A stretch of 33,438 nt of DNA from Ionaspis alba (lineage: Eukaryota). The stretch lies in contig CAXUUL010000094.1 in assembly GCA_964255285.1 (NCBI GenBank), positions 1-33,438 of the forward strand, given 5' to 3'. Shown here one piece after another: positions 22,287 to 33,438 of the stretch. The translations under genes were made by a program, and so were the position numbers. Each line of letters starts with the position of its first letter. Within the stretch, counting starts at the first letter, position 1. The notes under the pieces were generated by a model. The model was not told where the DNA came from. It did no database searches and saw nothing but the letters and a program-made list of their open reading frames with translations.

Positions 22287-22913
22287 CTCCGGTATGGCAG
22301 AAATGTTGGCAAGCCAAACAATCGTTCTGGGAAGGTCCCCAAAATTTAGGCCTGTCCTCTCAATAAGACTCTATCGCATTCTAATGCCATGAACCGATAT
22401 TGTGTTGCATTTAGTGAGTAAGCTATCGTATGACCCGCTCAAGAGAACCGAGCATACGTCCCAAAACGAATTGCTGACTTGGGCCATACGTTTCCGGACC
22501 CTTTTTCGCAGTGCTTCACAAAAGAGAGTGCTGATGACTGAGCTTCGATCTGTATGGCCGTGATCTTTGATATTGTTACCGCGTTCTTAAGCAGGTTGTA
22601 ATCACGAGGAAAACAGCGTATGATCAAGCCATTTCAATTCTTGCTGCTTTATGACGAGCAACTCCTTCAGAAGAGCGCTTTTCTAGGCAAACATCTTTGC
22701 AAACTAGTAGCCAGCCTTGCCCTTGCTCTATCGCCATAACTACTCTGCAATTTCCACAGCCGTCTAACGAACGTCCATCCTCCTACCATCCTCATACTAT
22801 AAACCCTTCAGTCTTCCATAGCTTCCAGCTTCCAACCAAACATGCTTCATCGAGCAGTTTGTCTCAACCAAGTGTCGCGCATCTTCCATAGCATTTCCTG
22901 GACTGAAGTAGCT

Positions 22914-24304
22914 TTACCACGTAGTCTCGGGAAAGTCAGTGAATGCAGACCAAAGCAGTATTGAAGGACACAGGATACCTTGTAGAGAGTGACCAAAGCA
23001 TAAAGCTTGATCAATCCATGCAGATAGCCGAAGAGAAAATGCATAGGCAGGTACTTGATGTCTTCTGGGTAACGATAGAAGTGCGGAAGTAGCTTAACAG
23101 TCTTTGTGAAGATCAACCAGAGGACAAAGACTGACATCACAAGCCAGATATGATGGGGGACAAGATCATGAGCGGAACGAAATAGAAGATATGCTAGAGA
23201 GCCATCGACAACTGCAGCGCCAGGATTGAACATTGATAAATGTAGTGCATAGCAACACCATGGCTGGTCGCTATGAATTGTGTCAGCTATTGTCTGTCTA
23301 CAGTGGATCTGAAAAATGCAAAGATTTACCGCCATATTTTCTTGTCAATCAACATGCTTGTGGTGTTGCTGCGCCAAGTGGTACGAAACCAACGTACGCA
23401 TTGATTGATGAATTTGGCGTTACCATACATCGTTGTGGTAAGTTCTGCCTCTGGGCAATACTGAACACGAATCTTCCAGCCATGGTTGACCATCCAGCGT
23501 GTAACAAAGACATCATCATCCGCTTCCACGAGTTGAACAAGGCCGAGCCACTTCTCATGCAGGAATGCATGGATGAAATCGTGGTTCTGCACAATGCTGG
23601 TTCGTACTGAAAGAGAGCGTCCGCTCAGGGCAGATGTGCCACCTACAGTACATTAACCATGGTGCTGATGACTTGTTCTCGGAGCCTTACCATCAAGACG
23701 AAGCGTCGCTGAGAATTCAAAATTCCTTCGCTCAAGGTACACTGCCTCAAGGAAGTTCCAGAAGTTTGGATTGAGTGGTCTCAGCAGTCTTTGACAACTT
23801 CCTGCAGCTCCGACTTTTGCATCTTCAAACGTAGCTAGAACGTAGGAGAGGTACGACCGTGGCCAAGTAATATCGTCATCAGCAAAAACCGTGATGGGGC
23901 TTTTGACCAGACGCAGCCCATGAACCATCTGAAAGCGTTTGTTGGCTATGTCGCTACCGAGAACAGATACGTCGGAGAAGAACCGAAGTTGCTCTCTGAG
24001 ATGGTCGACATTCTCCCATGGAGTGACGACAATTATGCGACCTGGACCATTGACCCATACAGAAACGATGCATTCCATGAGTCTGTCCCCTACGGCAGCC
24101 AAGGTAGGGATGACAACAGTCACATCCTTCGGATAGAACTTCGGATGGACAGAAGGCATCACTGGCTGAGAAGTCCAAGATGCTAGTAGATGGACTATCA
24201 GTCGCGTGTATCGCCAGAGCCTGTATAATTAGATCAGTTTAGCTTTCCAGCCCGTTGACAACGGCGGTAACCTACGAGAGTAGGACAAAGAGGAGCAAGA
24301 ACAT
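22914..24304 (-). CDS. GT2 membrane polysaccharide synthase, Cps1/hyaluronan-synthase-like, ~391 aa
   Basis: Exons 24304-24276, 24220-23691, 23642-23330, 23270-22979 and 22925-22914. N-terminal TM LWRYTRLIVHL, then DVTVVIPT, FADDD (DxD), LSGRS, ADDDVFVTRW and QCVRW (QxxRW), with C-terminal TMs and YLHGLIKLYAL. The last acceptor is an unusual GAG, so the 3' end is uncertain. Confidence 0.88.
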
Positions 24305-24986
24305 CGTGGCATCCAATGTTTCAAGTAGCGACCGATGCGTGATGAGGGCTGAAGAAAATCTTCGAAAAGGGGTGTTCAAGTATTCAGATAGTGAAAACAA
24401 AAGAACGAGTGGGGCAAGAAAGAGAGACTATATCAAGCTTGTAGTAATCTTGAACAGATTGAAAGTTGGAAAGTTCTGATGAAAATGAAATTGTGCAGAA
24501 CCGGGTATCGAAACCCAAACCCCAAGGAAATAAACACCGCGTTTCACGCGCGGGTCTCTAGCATCGGCGTCAATCTAAGGCCATCCTAGAAGCACACCAT
24601 TAATGTCTGAAATCATTGACCTGTCCAAGTACCCAGTGTGCAAAAGAGACTCCTGATTCTTTTCCATCGTGAGTAGATCTCACATAGGTCTCAGAATCCA
24701 CGTATATACGCTGCATGTATTCGAATAACCGTTAAATTCTCATCAACGGAGTATGCTGGATCATGCTGTACTCTTTCAATTTCAACAGAAAATCCGGTTC
24801 AAGGTGATTGTGGAAAGACAGTCTGGACCCAACGAGACCTCTTTGCCAAAAATCAATGCCCCTTCGTGAATAATGCTATATTTCTGTTTGAAAAGATGCA
24901 AAGACCGGACCGGTAAGGGATATAAAGGTTCAGGCCAGGGAATCCTCCCACCACATTAACACAAATCAAGAGAAATGCAATTCCTT

Positions 24987-25664
24987 CTAATGCTTTACTT
25001 TTTCTTTCTTCTTTGTCTCTTCCGTGACAAGTTCGTCAAATCTTGTGAAGGCTCCAACGCCTTCAATGAAGGTGCTCGCAACCCATGTCCACCACAACCT
25101 GCTGAAGGTAGGAACGGTATGCTTCCGCAATCTGCTGGTAGCCATATATGTAGCTTCAGAGCCATGGAGAATATCCATGGTGATGATAGCCAGGGGTTGG
25201 AAGGTGTAGCATAGCTGCGCAAACCAAGGGGTGTGTCGCAACAGGTTGTCGTAGAGCAGCGAACCTGGCAAGAAGTTGGACCTTCTCGAAAACCAAAGGA
25301 AGCCAAATGCCGCACTCAAAAAGACGACAGCAGTCCAACCATGAGGTCTGACGTATCTTTTCACCGTGATATCGGATCTCTGCAAGCCATTGATCGCCTC
25401 TGCGTCCATGGCGACTACACGGCCTCGGGCTTCCGAGATTGAAGTCATAGCAGGATTGATAGGTATGATATGAGCCGAGCCATTGGTGGATAGAACAGTG
25501 AGAGACTTGAGACTGATGTCGTCTAGCTTCGCATTCCGCGCAGCGGACGAGGATAGAGAGCAGAAGTGCTCCAAATAACGGACGAGACTGTCCTGATGGT
25601 CGGCGTTCATGTGGGTGATGATGCGTTGCTTTATAGCAACCTCCTTCGCCTGTGCTTCTTCCAT
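24987..25664 (-). CDS. DUF2470-type domain protein with C-terminal membrane helices, 225 aa, intronless
   Basis: KQRIITHMNADHQDSLVRYLEHF (HMNxDH motif) and MTSISEARGRVVAMD, followed by TM segments and LHGSEA..LRKH..LWWTWVASTFIEGVGAFTRFD. Confidence 0.88.
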   Translation of the reverse strand: MEEAQAKEVAIKQRIITHMNADHQDSLVRYLEHFCSLSSSAARNAKLDDISLKSLTVLSTNGSAHIIPINPAMTSISEARGRVVAMDAEAINGLQRSDITVKRYVRPHGWTAVVFLSAAFGFLWFSRRSNFLPGSLLYDNLLRHTPWFAQLCYTFQPLAIITMDILHGSEATYMATSRLRKHTVPTFSRLWWTWVASTFIEGVGAFTRFDELVTEETKKKEKVKH

Positions 25665-26760
25665 ACCTGCTCCCACCGATGACTATACTGCGACTATCGA
25701 ATCACCAAGGGTTGCCGTGCTATGGAGTCGGAACATTGAGACTGATCGATGACGGCGTCGTTGAAAAGTCCACCCCTTGGCAAGTCGTACCCTTGCCGAG
25801 CCCAGCAGGGGAGGCGCGACTTTGACCTTTGTCAACCAGAACGAAACCTCAATGTAAGCTTCAGCCATGCTTCAATGAACGCGTGCGGACGCTATGAAGC
25901 ATGTCTTGTGGAAATGTGTATGAGGACCGAGCAACTCCTTAGTAGTATGTATGGGGCCTATACCAGACATAGCCTTGAATGTCCGTGGTCCACATTGCCT
26001 CTTTTCCAACTTGCGTTACCGTCTTCGTGGATTTTACTTGGGAATTGGGTTACGAAGTGGAGTATGACAAGGATGGTCAGATTCGAAGTTGTTTCTGATT
26101 TCGTCTTGGGCATGGAAGATTACATGGCCATTCAAGCAGATCCTTCACCAAGACCTATTACAACTACTCTTCCCTTCTGGAGCTGGAGCTGAACAACACT
26201 TTGAGTGTTGAGTCTATCTGTACAATTGTGCTTTCAACTCCCGAGAGGGCAGTATCCTTGGGCAACAAGGGAACAACATTCAAGTTCATGTTGATATTTA
26301 GATCGCCTGGTGTAAATCTTGGAATGTCTGGGTGTATGTCACCTTCAAGTCTTGCGAGTTATATGATTGGTCTCTAGATATGACCCGCACAATTTTAACG
26401 AGATCCCGACTATCTCTCAGTACTCAGGGACTAACTGGACGGAAAGCAGGGTTGCCTGCTCAAACTACGTCCCAGCGATTTGTTTGCTTCAGTACACTTA
26501 ACGAGTGTTGGCCCACTGCGCCGTCATACTTTGTTGTTACGTCTGGTAGAAGATTACCCACTCATGTGCTCATGGTTTGCAGACCAAAGCTGAATTAGAC
26601 GCCAGGATCCAGACACTATTGTGGACAAGTTTCAAGAGATACTGATTCACCAACCTCTAATCCTCGTTTCTTAGTTCTCTACCAGCTTTGGCGAGAACTA
26701 CGCTTATCTATCAATCCATATAAATTCTCCGCAACCACATCGCTTCCTTTGACGTAGGCG

Positions 26761-27753
26761 CTACTGCCTTTGCACCCGCAGGCCAAGGAGTCGCAGGCTT
26801 CGTATTCGCAGTCTTACCTCCAGCAAAGCGGGAGCTCCAGCCGAGAGCTTTCCAGCTGGTGCACCACTCGCACCGGCCAATGACATGTTAGGAGATCGGT
26901 CCAGAGACGCAGGCTGAAGTCCAGCCACAGGATTGGTTACGCTTGCGGCTGCTTCATCTGCGTCCGCTCCAGGAGGCGTTTTCAGCTTTGCACCTGGTTC
27001 GTTCGCACCAATCATGCCACGACCGCCAAGATCATCTGTTCCTGGTCGTGGTTGTGGTTGTGGTCCAGTAACCGTACCTGGCGTGTCGGGCATAGGTCAA
27101 GGTGGCAAGGCAACTACCGCTGGTTTGACACCTGTGTGGGCCTTTGACTATACCCCACTTTTTGGCGGAGTGCCGGCAGGAGTTGGCGGTAGCCCAGCTC
27201 CTGCACTTCCCTCAAAGTCCGGCCCGTGAGATCCCTAGCATGTAGAGAAGCACCTTGAGCTATTACTATTCCGTCACCGAGCTTTATATCGGAAGCAGCA
27301 GCTGCTTGGCATCCATGGCGGGAGTTGTTTTCCGTTCGAGCAGCAGTAACATCAGGTATTGTGTTATTGAGACCGACGATTCCTTGGTTCCCGCCACCAG
27401 CAAGCTGCACACGATTTCTCAAAGCTTTGACCATCATTTCTCAAGTGCCGGTCATGACTGTTGTTGGAGGCATAAAGTCACAGGGGGGAACGCTGCCATC
27501 TTCGGTATCCTATTATGAACGGAGCGACCAAGGTCATGTGAGCCGGTCGAGCCGGAATTCTGGCTCACATGCCTTCCCGAATCGACAGTGTATCGCCTCT
27601 CCTAGAAGCATTAAGAAGCTGCTTGAACTTTTCGGCGTGCTTGCGGTATTCCCTGACTGGGTGAATCGTCATGAGTCTCTAAGGCTTCGCAAGGGCAACT
27701 CGCCCGAATGGAACGAGGCGCTGAACGCGCCAAGTGATGCGGCAAGCTCCCAT
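26761..27753 (-). pseudogene. Probable decayed gene with a Pro/Gly/Ala-rich C-terminal region
   Basis: Successive protein-like frames are broken by isolated stops: TAG 27681-27679, TGA 27443-27441, TAG 27150-27148, TGA 27099-27097. Long mirror ORFs lie on the + strand. No family recognised. Confidence 0.4.
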
Positions 27754-28083
27754 GGTCTCAAATCAAGGAAATAAGTGCAAATGATTCATGTCAAAATCTG
27801 AATACTGCTTTCAGGTACTCTCTTGGTTCCGGCGGGTCTGTGACGATGAACATAAACCTTGGGTATAATTCACTCTTGCTAAGGAAGGATCTAGCGTAAA
27901 AGTAATGATAGAACTGGGAATCGACAGAAATCGACGAGTTTGCTATCCCTGGTGGCATTCTTCGGATGGGCACTTTCAAACCTGTCTGTACAATTGAGCT
28001 ATAGACCGTGTTTGTGATCACGAAAAACACATAAGAAGTTTCTGAAGTAGATCATCTTGTGATGTAGTTGAATGCGAAATGTT

Positions 28084-30919
28084 CTAGAATCCAACTATCA
28101 ACATCAACGCATACCCAAGCGTGATTACCACTGTAAATGTCATGATACTGGCTGGTATGCCTCGCGAAAGGAAGTGTTGTACTCGTAGATATCGCTGTCC
28201 GGTCTGCGAATCTTCCATCATGATGGCAGCTTGTTTCCCGTTAGCAATATTCTAGGCCGGCTTTCATGTGCACTCACTCATGTTGGGGAAGCCAGACGTC
28301 GGCAGTCCCATTGCTGCACTGCACATCAAAGCACTTCCCATCACGAGCAGATTTGGATGTGGCTCCTTCATGTTTGCGCCCACCTGGTGGACCAAAGGTA
28401 AGATGATCAGAGCCGCCACTGTATGACTGATGAAAGTGGCGACGACCAAGATCAATGCAGCAAACGTTACAAGAACACCATATAAGCTCATGCCATCAAC
28501 CTTCTCTGTGATCGTGCCAGCGATGGTGTGGAGCAAGCCCGACGATGAGACAGCCTTTCCCAGAGAGAGACCGCCAGCAGCAAGAATAATTATAGTCCAT
28601 AGGAAGTTGTTGAAATCTTCCTTTGTGAGAATACCTGTTCCGAAGAACAGTACCATGGGTATGATTGCCACGACTCCCATGTCTCCGAAGACGCCCTCCA
28701 GTTGGTGGGTAACACACCAGAGCGCGATCGTGGCAACAGTCACAACACTGATAAACCACTGAATACCGGTAAAGCGATCTTTCATGCGGCGGATTGGTAC
28801 AATAGTGGTGCCTTTCCCAGGTTGGAAAGAGAGAAGAAGAAGAAACCATATCAAGAAGATAGACACTATACAAACGGGCAGCGCAATGAAGAACCATTTG
28901 AGCCAGCTGGGTGTAGGCTTCATGTTTTGAAGAGCGATGATGTTCTGCGGCGAGGCGATAGGCGATGCAGCTCCACCGATATTAGATGCCAAGGCAATAC
29001 CTAGAATGAGAGCTTTTGAGAAGCGAGAATCTGAAGGGAGATTGCGAAGCATGGGCTAGCGCCTACGCGTCAGCGAAAGTCTGTACCGTTTGTCTGCACA
29101 AGCGAAGGAGGGTATACCTGAATGATCGAGAAGCATAACACTGGAGCTGCCACGTTACTGATGAACATACTCGCAATCATTGCCACAAACATGTTTGTGA
29201 TTAGCACTGTTCGTGGTCTTGTACCAGCCTTGCTGAGAACAAAAGTGGCCATGAGCTTGGCAATGTGATACTTTGACAATGCTGCTGCAATAGTGAATCC
29301 ACCAAGGAGCAACATGATGACAGGAGTCCACATTGCTGCAAAGACATATCTTGTGGCGTCCTTGGGGGTCAGACGATGATGTGGTTTTTGATCAGACCGA
29401 ACGACTTGCAGAACGACCGCAAGGAATGGTATGAGTAGTGAAGTCACGAACAGTGGAATCACCTATGGATGTTAGCCATCGCTACCGCTTGATCTGTCTC
29501 AAAGAAAACGCACCTCGGTTGCCCACAACAAGCTCACGAAGACCAGCATAGCCAAGCAGTTTTGCTGCTCTCTTTTCTCCATGATGGGGACCGCCAGCAA
29601 TACGGCGAAAACGAGCAAAATCGCCACGAGGGTGAAGAATGTTGAGCTGAAGAGCCACTTCGGACAGTGGATGCGACCAACCGGTGTGACTAGCTCTTTC
29701 GTCCCGAAGTCGTCGGGTTCGTCACCTTGTCGCTGGGCTTTCGATGGATCGTTATCACCACCGAGCAGCGTTCTTCGGAGACCCATGTTGGCAGCTTGAG
29801 CCTTCCTCTCGATACCAATCATCTCCCTCCACACAGTGTTTCGTTCCCAGACAACATGTTCCCGAAGATGCAATCGTAGTTCCCGCTTCGCCGTGGGAAC
29901 GTCGCCCTTAGTCACAACGTCCGCGTATGATTTCTCTATATCAGCGATCTTCGTGTCTAGATGTTCTATTGTCGAAGGCCGAAAAGGATAAGCTGGTGCA
30001 ACAGATTCTTCAATATATATCGAGCGCAGACTTCTGTTCAATGTCTTGTCGTACTTCTTCAAAGCTTTCGAAAATCCCGTCTTGTTTAGTTGAATGAACG
30101 ACTTAAGCTCGCACAGAGAAACGTAGAGACTAATAATTCTCTTCTTTAAAGTAATGCCAGAGTCGTACAATGCTGAAAACACGTTGTCATTGTAATCTTC
30201 ATATGCTTGACTTGTCCTTCGTTTCCGGTCTGGAAACTCCCTAGAGCTTCGTAGATCATCGATACTACGGTTCATGCTGGCATCATATGTTTTTCTTCTA
30301 TCTTTGGGAGCTCGATTTCTCAATGCTGAAGTCTCGTCGGCATCATCATCGCTGTCGCCATCCTCGTCAAGGTCTTCCATGGATGCACTGAGTGTACTTG
30401 TTCTCCGCGGTCTTCCAAATCCAAAATTCTTGAACATGCTCGCATGGCGGGTCTTTCCACCTCTGCTCAGGGTCCTACTCCCAGACATCCCATCATCGCC
30501 GTCAAGCCCGTCAGCTTCTGCTGTATATGCATCCTTGTCTTCTAACAGGGTATCAACTTCACTGTAAATCTCAAGTTCCTTTTGCTGATAAAATGAACAG
30601 ATCTTGTCAAGTTCCGAATCGAGAGCCTTGCGGAAGACTGGGTCGGGGTCGTTGTTGCCGGACAGTAGGGGGGATGCTTCGGCATCCTGATTCTGGGCTG
30701 TAGGTTGGTAGACGGCTTTCTCACAAGTATATATCCTGGAGACGTCTGTCGGTTAGCCCGAAGAGCTTCTCGAGCCTGGACAGCATTGGGGATCAGGAGT
30801 AGCACGAATCCCACGCGCAAAGTGAAAAGAACTCACAGCTTCTTTAAATTGCTGTAGGATATATAGTGACTGCTCCATTCGGGTACTGCATTAAACTGTA
30901 CACTGTGGGAGAATTTCAT
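28084..30919 (-). CDS. SPX-domain low-affinity phosphate transporter (Pho87/Pho90/Pho91, SLC13/DASS family), 857 aa
   Basis: Exons 30919-30837, 30735-29514, 29462-29118, 29055-28278 and 28229-28084 total 2574 nt. SPX motifs MKFSHSVQFNAVPEWSSHYISYSNLKKLIY and LNKTGFSKALKKYDK. Transporter motifs LWATEVIP, SMFISNVAAP, ASNIGGAASPIASPQN, GLPTSGFPN. Confidence 0.97.
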
Positions 30920-32156
30920 AATTTCCTCTTCTTGGAGTTCCCTGAATTTGCGTTCCGATTTCTGTTGCCTTCCTTCAGAGCGGTACTTGTCCTGGCAAGA
31001 GTCTTTTTCTTGCGGAACAAGTTGACGAAGCTCAATGGCATCACTCTCCTGTCCGATAATCCCTCCTCCTTCCTTTGCGACTAGCGACACCGTGGCGGTG
31101 TCATTCAGAGGTAGGTCAGACGGAGAGTTTGTGGGTCCTTGCAGCGCTGGTACCAAAATCACAGGAGTCCGGAGGATAAAGACACAGATCTGCGGGAGCC
31201 TGACCAGATCAGAGATGGTTTTCCTGCAGCACTGACTTAGTCAAGGGTCAGTTCTTTGCCGAATGTCTGTCTGTGGTCATGGGAATCAACTCTCTACAAG
31301 GTGGGCAGGGGCGTGTGCCGGCGGAGCTGCGCGATTGGGTACCCAACTCCTTGGGGAAGAAAAGCCACGGAGAATCCCCGGACATCGCGCCGCAGTAGAG
31401 CCGAAAAGTGAACTGGCCCTACCAGATTCGAAACTGTCACCTAACCCTAGGGCTTCAGAATCATTCCCTTTTTTGGATTCAGAGACTGTGAATACTACTT
31501 GTAAGTCGTTTCTGAATTGTCAAGGCGGCCAGAAACCCTCTTGTTGCTGCAGCTGTAAAAGAGATGCAAAATATGGCCTGGTAAATGCTTCAATTGATGT
31601 TGGTATCTCACGATGGTATCCCCTTACGCAAGCCAGTCTCACTTGCATTATTGTTATGACTTCAGTCCGTGGTTGATAGCATTCCTTAGTCATTCGCGGT
31701 ATGAAGATGTATCTTAGGTATTTAGTCTGGTCGCCGCTTGACATTTAGTGGTTCTCCCTGCATTTCTTCGTAGTAGCCCTAACATTTTGATGTTTTCACG
31801 ACACTGGTATATCTTCTCCACGAATTGAGTCATGTTGGAAAGCGATTGATGATTGGAACCCTGAAGCACTCATCATGCGCTCATCTGAGTAAGATCTCGG
31901 CTTTTCACTATTGTTTGTACATGATATCTGTCTGTCGTTTGCTCTACTTCGCGAGCCGAAAAGAAGTGAACGTTGAGGTGAATCACACAATCCAATCACT
32001 CTACACTTCCTGAATCAGAATCCCCACAAATACAAAATACCTCGCTGTCTCTTCTCTTCTCCTAATCCAAACTTCACTTCGAACTCCCCTCCTCTATTCC
32101 TGCGAGGGTTGAACATACCTCAATCCTCAATTCTTACACCAGCCTTCACAACTGCA

Positions 32157-32256
32157 NNNNNNNNNNNNNNNNNNNNNNNNNNNNNNNNNNNNNNNNNNNN
32201 NNNNNNNNNNNNNNNNNNNNNNNNNNNNNNNNNNNNNNNNNNNNNNNNNNNNNNNN
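32157..32256. other. Assembly gap (100 N)
   Basis: Run of exactly 100 N, probably a placeholder of unknown true length. Confidence 0.99.
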
Positions 32257-32706
32257 CACCTCTATCATCACCGCAATCCATTATCAGGCACCCGTCGCAG
32301 CCGCTTCCGACCAGCATTGTCACCACACCCGCTCCGCTGTTCTCACATGAAAGCATTCATGGTCTGAAACTGCGCAGAAATCCCTACCAGCCCTGGGACA
32401 CCAAGGCTCGTGCTCAGACAAATACAGACACCTATCTTCCGACTCACTACATTTTTGACGCCCGTGATGTAGATGAATTACCACCTGGGTTCCCGTACGA
32501 GACCTTCGGCCAGCTCATCCTTTTTGCGTGGGAATATCTTACGGGTATGTCGAAGCTTGGGCTAGGCTTCATGGAACGTCCGTGGAAGCATCGATGCAGT
32601 ACTTAGGACCATGGCCTCAAGACAGCCTCAAGACAAATACGGGAAGATGCTGAGTTCGACTTTTCTTGATAGTGATCCTAACTGGGCTCTCAACGATAGC
32701 GTTTGA
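32257..32706 (+). CDS. Partial hypothetical protein, 5' end lost in the gap
   Basis: Open frame from the gap (..RRNPYQPWD..YIFDARDVDELPPGFPYETFGQLILFAWEYLT). Donor GTATGT at 32545; the acceptor is CAG 32599 (stop at 32706) or TAG 32606. Confidence 0.4.
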
Positions 32707-33227
32707 CAGGATTTAGAAGGGTGCTGATGGCGCCTACTATGGTTGATAGGCTTTGCTGTTCTGGGAGGATGCTCTTTGGATTTCGTTGTGGGTGCTGGCT
32801 TCGTTATGCAGATGTCGTATGCATGTTTATATTCTCATTCCTATTCTCACCCACAGTTAGTGTCTGCAACCGAACGTTAATGCTCGATTGGATTCGGATG
32901 TTGAAAAACAAAACGTGCTATAGGATATGGAGCATGAGTAGTGGGTCATAGGCACGGGACAGAAAAAGCAAAGTTTCGTATTAATTCATTGTGGATTTAT
33001 AGGCTATGAAGAAGAGCTTATCCAATATTTACGCCGAAACGACTGAAAATTCCCTCTTTTGTGCCAAGTGGTAATCCTACCTGTGTCCCTCTGACCTCCT
33101 CATCAATAGAGCAGGTGAGAACAAAGTACTCAACCTCTCAGTCACATCTTCAACCAGCAGATAACTACCTTCTAACTGCCCCACTGCCCCAGCAGCAGAG
33201 TGTATTCTCCACAATATTGAGAATAGC

Positions 33228-33438
33228 TTAGTTCCTATAAACACCCTAATTAGTACTGGCCTCGATGGAAATATCAAGCACACCAAAAAAGGGGAAAATG
33301 GGCAATACTCACAACAACCCCAGCGTCAAGTCCCCATGAATCTTCGCCTTCAACTGAATCTCCACATCCAAATTCAACTCCAACCTCAACCTCAGCTGCT
33401 CCCCCTTCCCCTCATCCTCCTCCTCCCCACCCTCCTTC
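33228..33438 (-). CDS. 3' end of a small fungal protein with a C-terminal LRLRLELNLDVEIQLKAKIHGDLTLGLL motif (function unknown); 5'-partial
   Basis: Exon >33438-33313 reads KEGGEEEDEGKGEQLRLRLELNLDVEIQLKAKIHGDLTLGL. Intron 33312-33235 reads GTGAGT..ACTAAT..TAG. The last exon completes L-N-TAA. Not in the ORF track. I recognise the motif from ascomycete hypothetical proteins. Confidence 0.8.

Noticed and set aside
19270..30919. Phosphoesterase, GT2, DUF2470 and phosphate transporter as a functional cluster
   Set aside because: They are interleaved with RPS8, share no visible motif and include no biosynthetic backbone enzyme; co-orientation alone is not evidence.
32109..32356. ORFs read continuously through the N gap
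   Set aside because: The gap length is arbitrary, so frame continuity across it is meaningless.
32614..32635. GCCTCAAGACA direct repeat x2 (also (CATGCT)x3 near 7191-7210)
   Set aside because: Simple tandem duplications with no spacers, TIRs or TSD context; not CRISPR or transposon ends.

Overview
This is a gene-dense, intron-containing genomic segment from a filamentous ascomycete (Pezizomycotina), judged by short GT-AG introns with CTRAC/CTAAY branch sites and the protein families present. It is not prokaryotic, and no CRISPR array, rRNA, tRNA or intact transposon is visible. Gene order is: PSP1-domain protein (+); hypothetical 3-exon gene (+); RPL15 (+); small single-TM conserved hypothetical (+); intronless SH3-C2-DHR2 DOCK/Dck1-type protein (+); coiled-coil hypothetical (-); MPPED-like metallophosphoesterase (-); RPS8 (-); Cps1-like GT2 polysaccharide synthase (-); DUF2470-type membrane protein (-); a decayed ORF (-); SPX-domain Pho87/90/91-family phosphate transporter (-); a 100-N gap with a partial ORF (+); and the 3' end of a small LRLELNLDV-motif protein (-). 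I found no clearly new multi-gene system. The best leads are post-transcriptional or mechanistic: (1) an AUG-less in-frame N-terminal extension plus uORFs on the phosphate transporter; (2) Ser in place of the nucleotide-sensor Val in the DOCK DHR-2; (3) a stop-free in-frame 84-nt optional intron in PSP1; (4) a stem that sequesters a 5' splice site in RPL15; (5) a stop codon inside the TxWGS-like motif of the GT2 gene. All gene models were spliced by eye, and family names come from motif recognition, not database searches.
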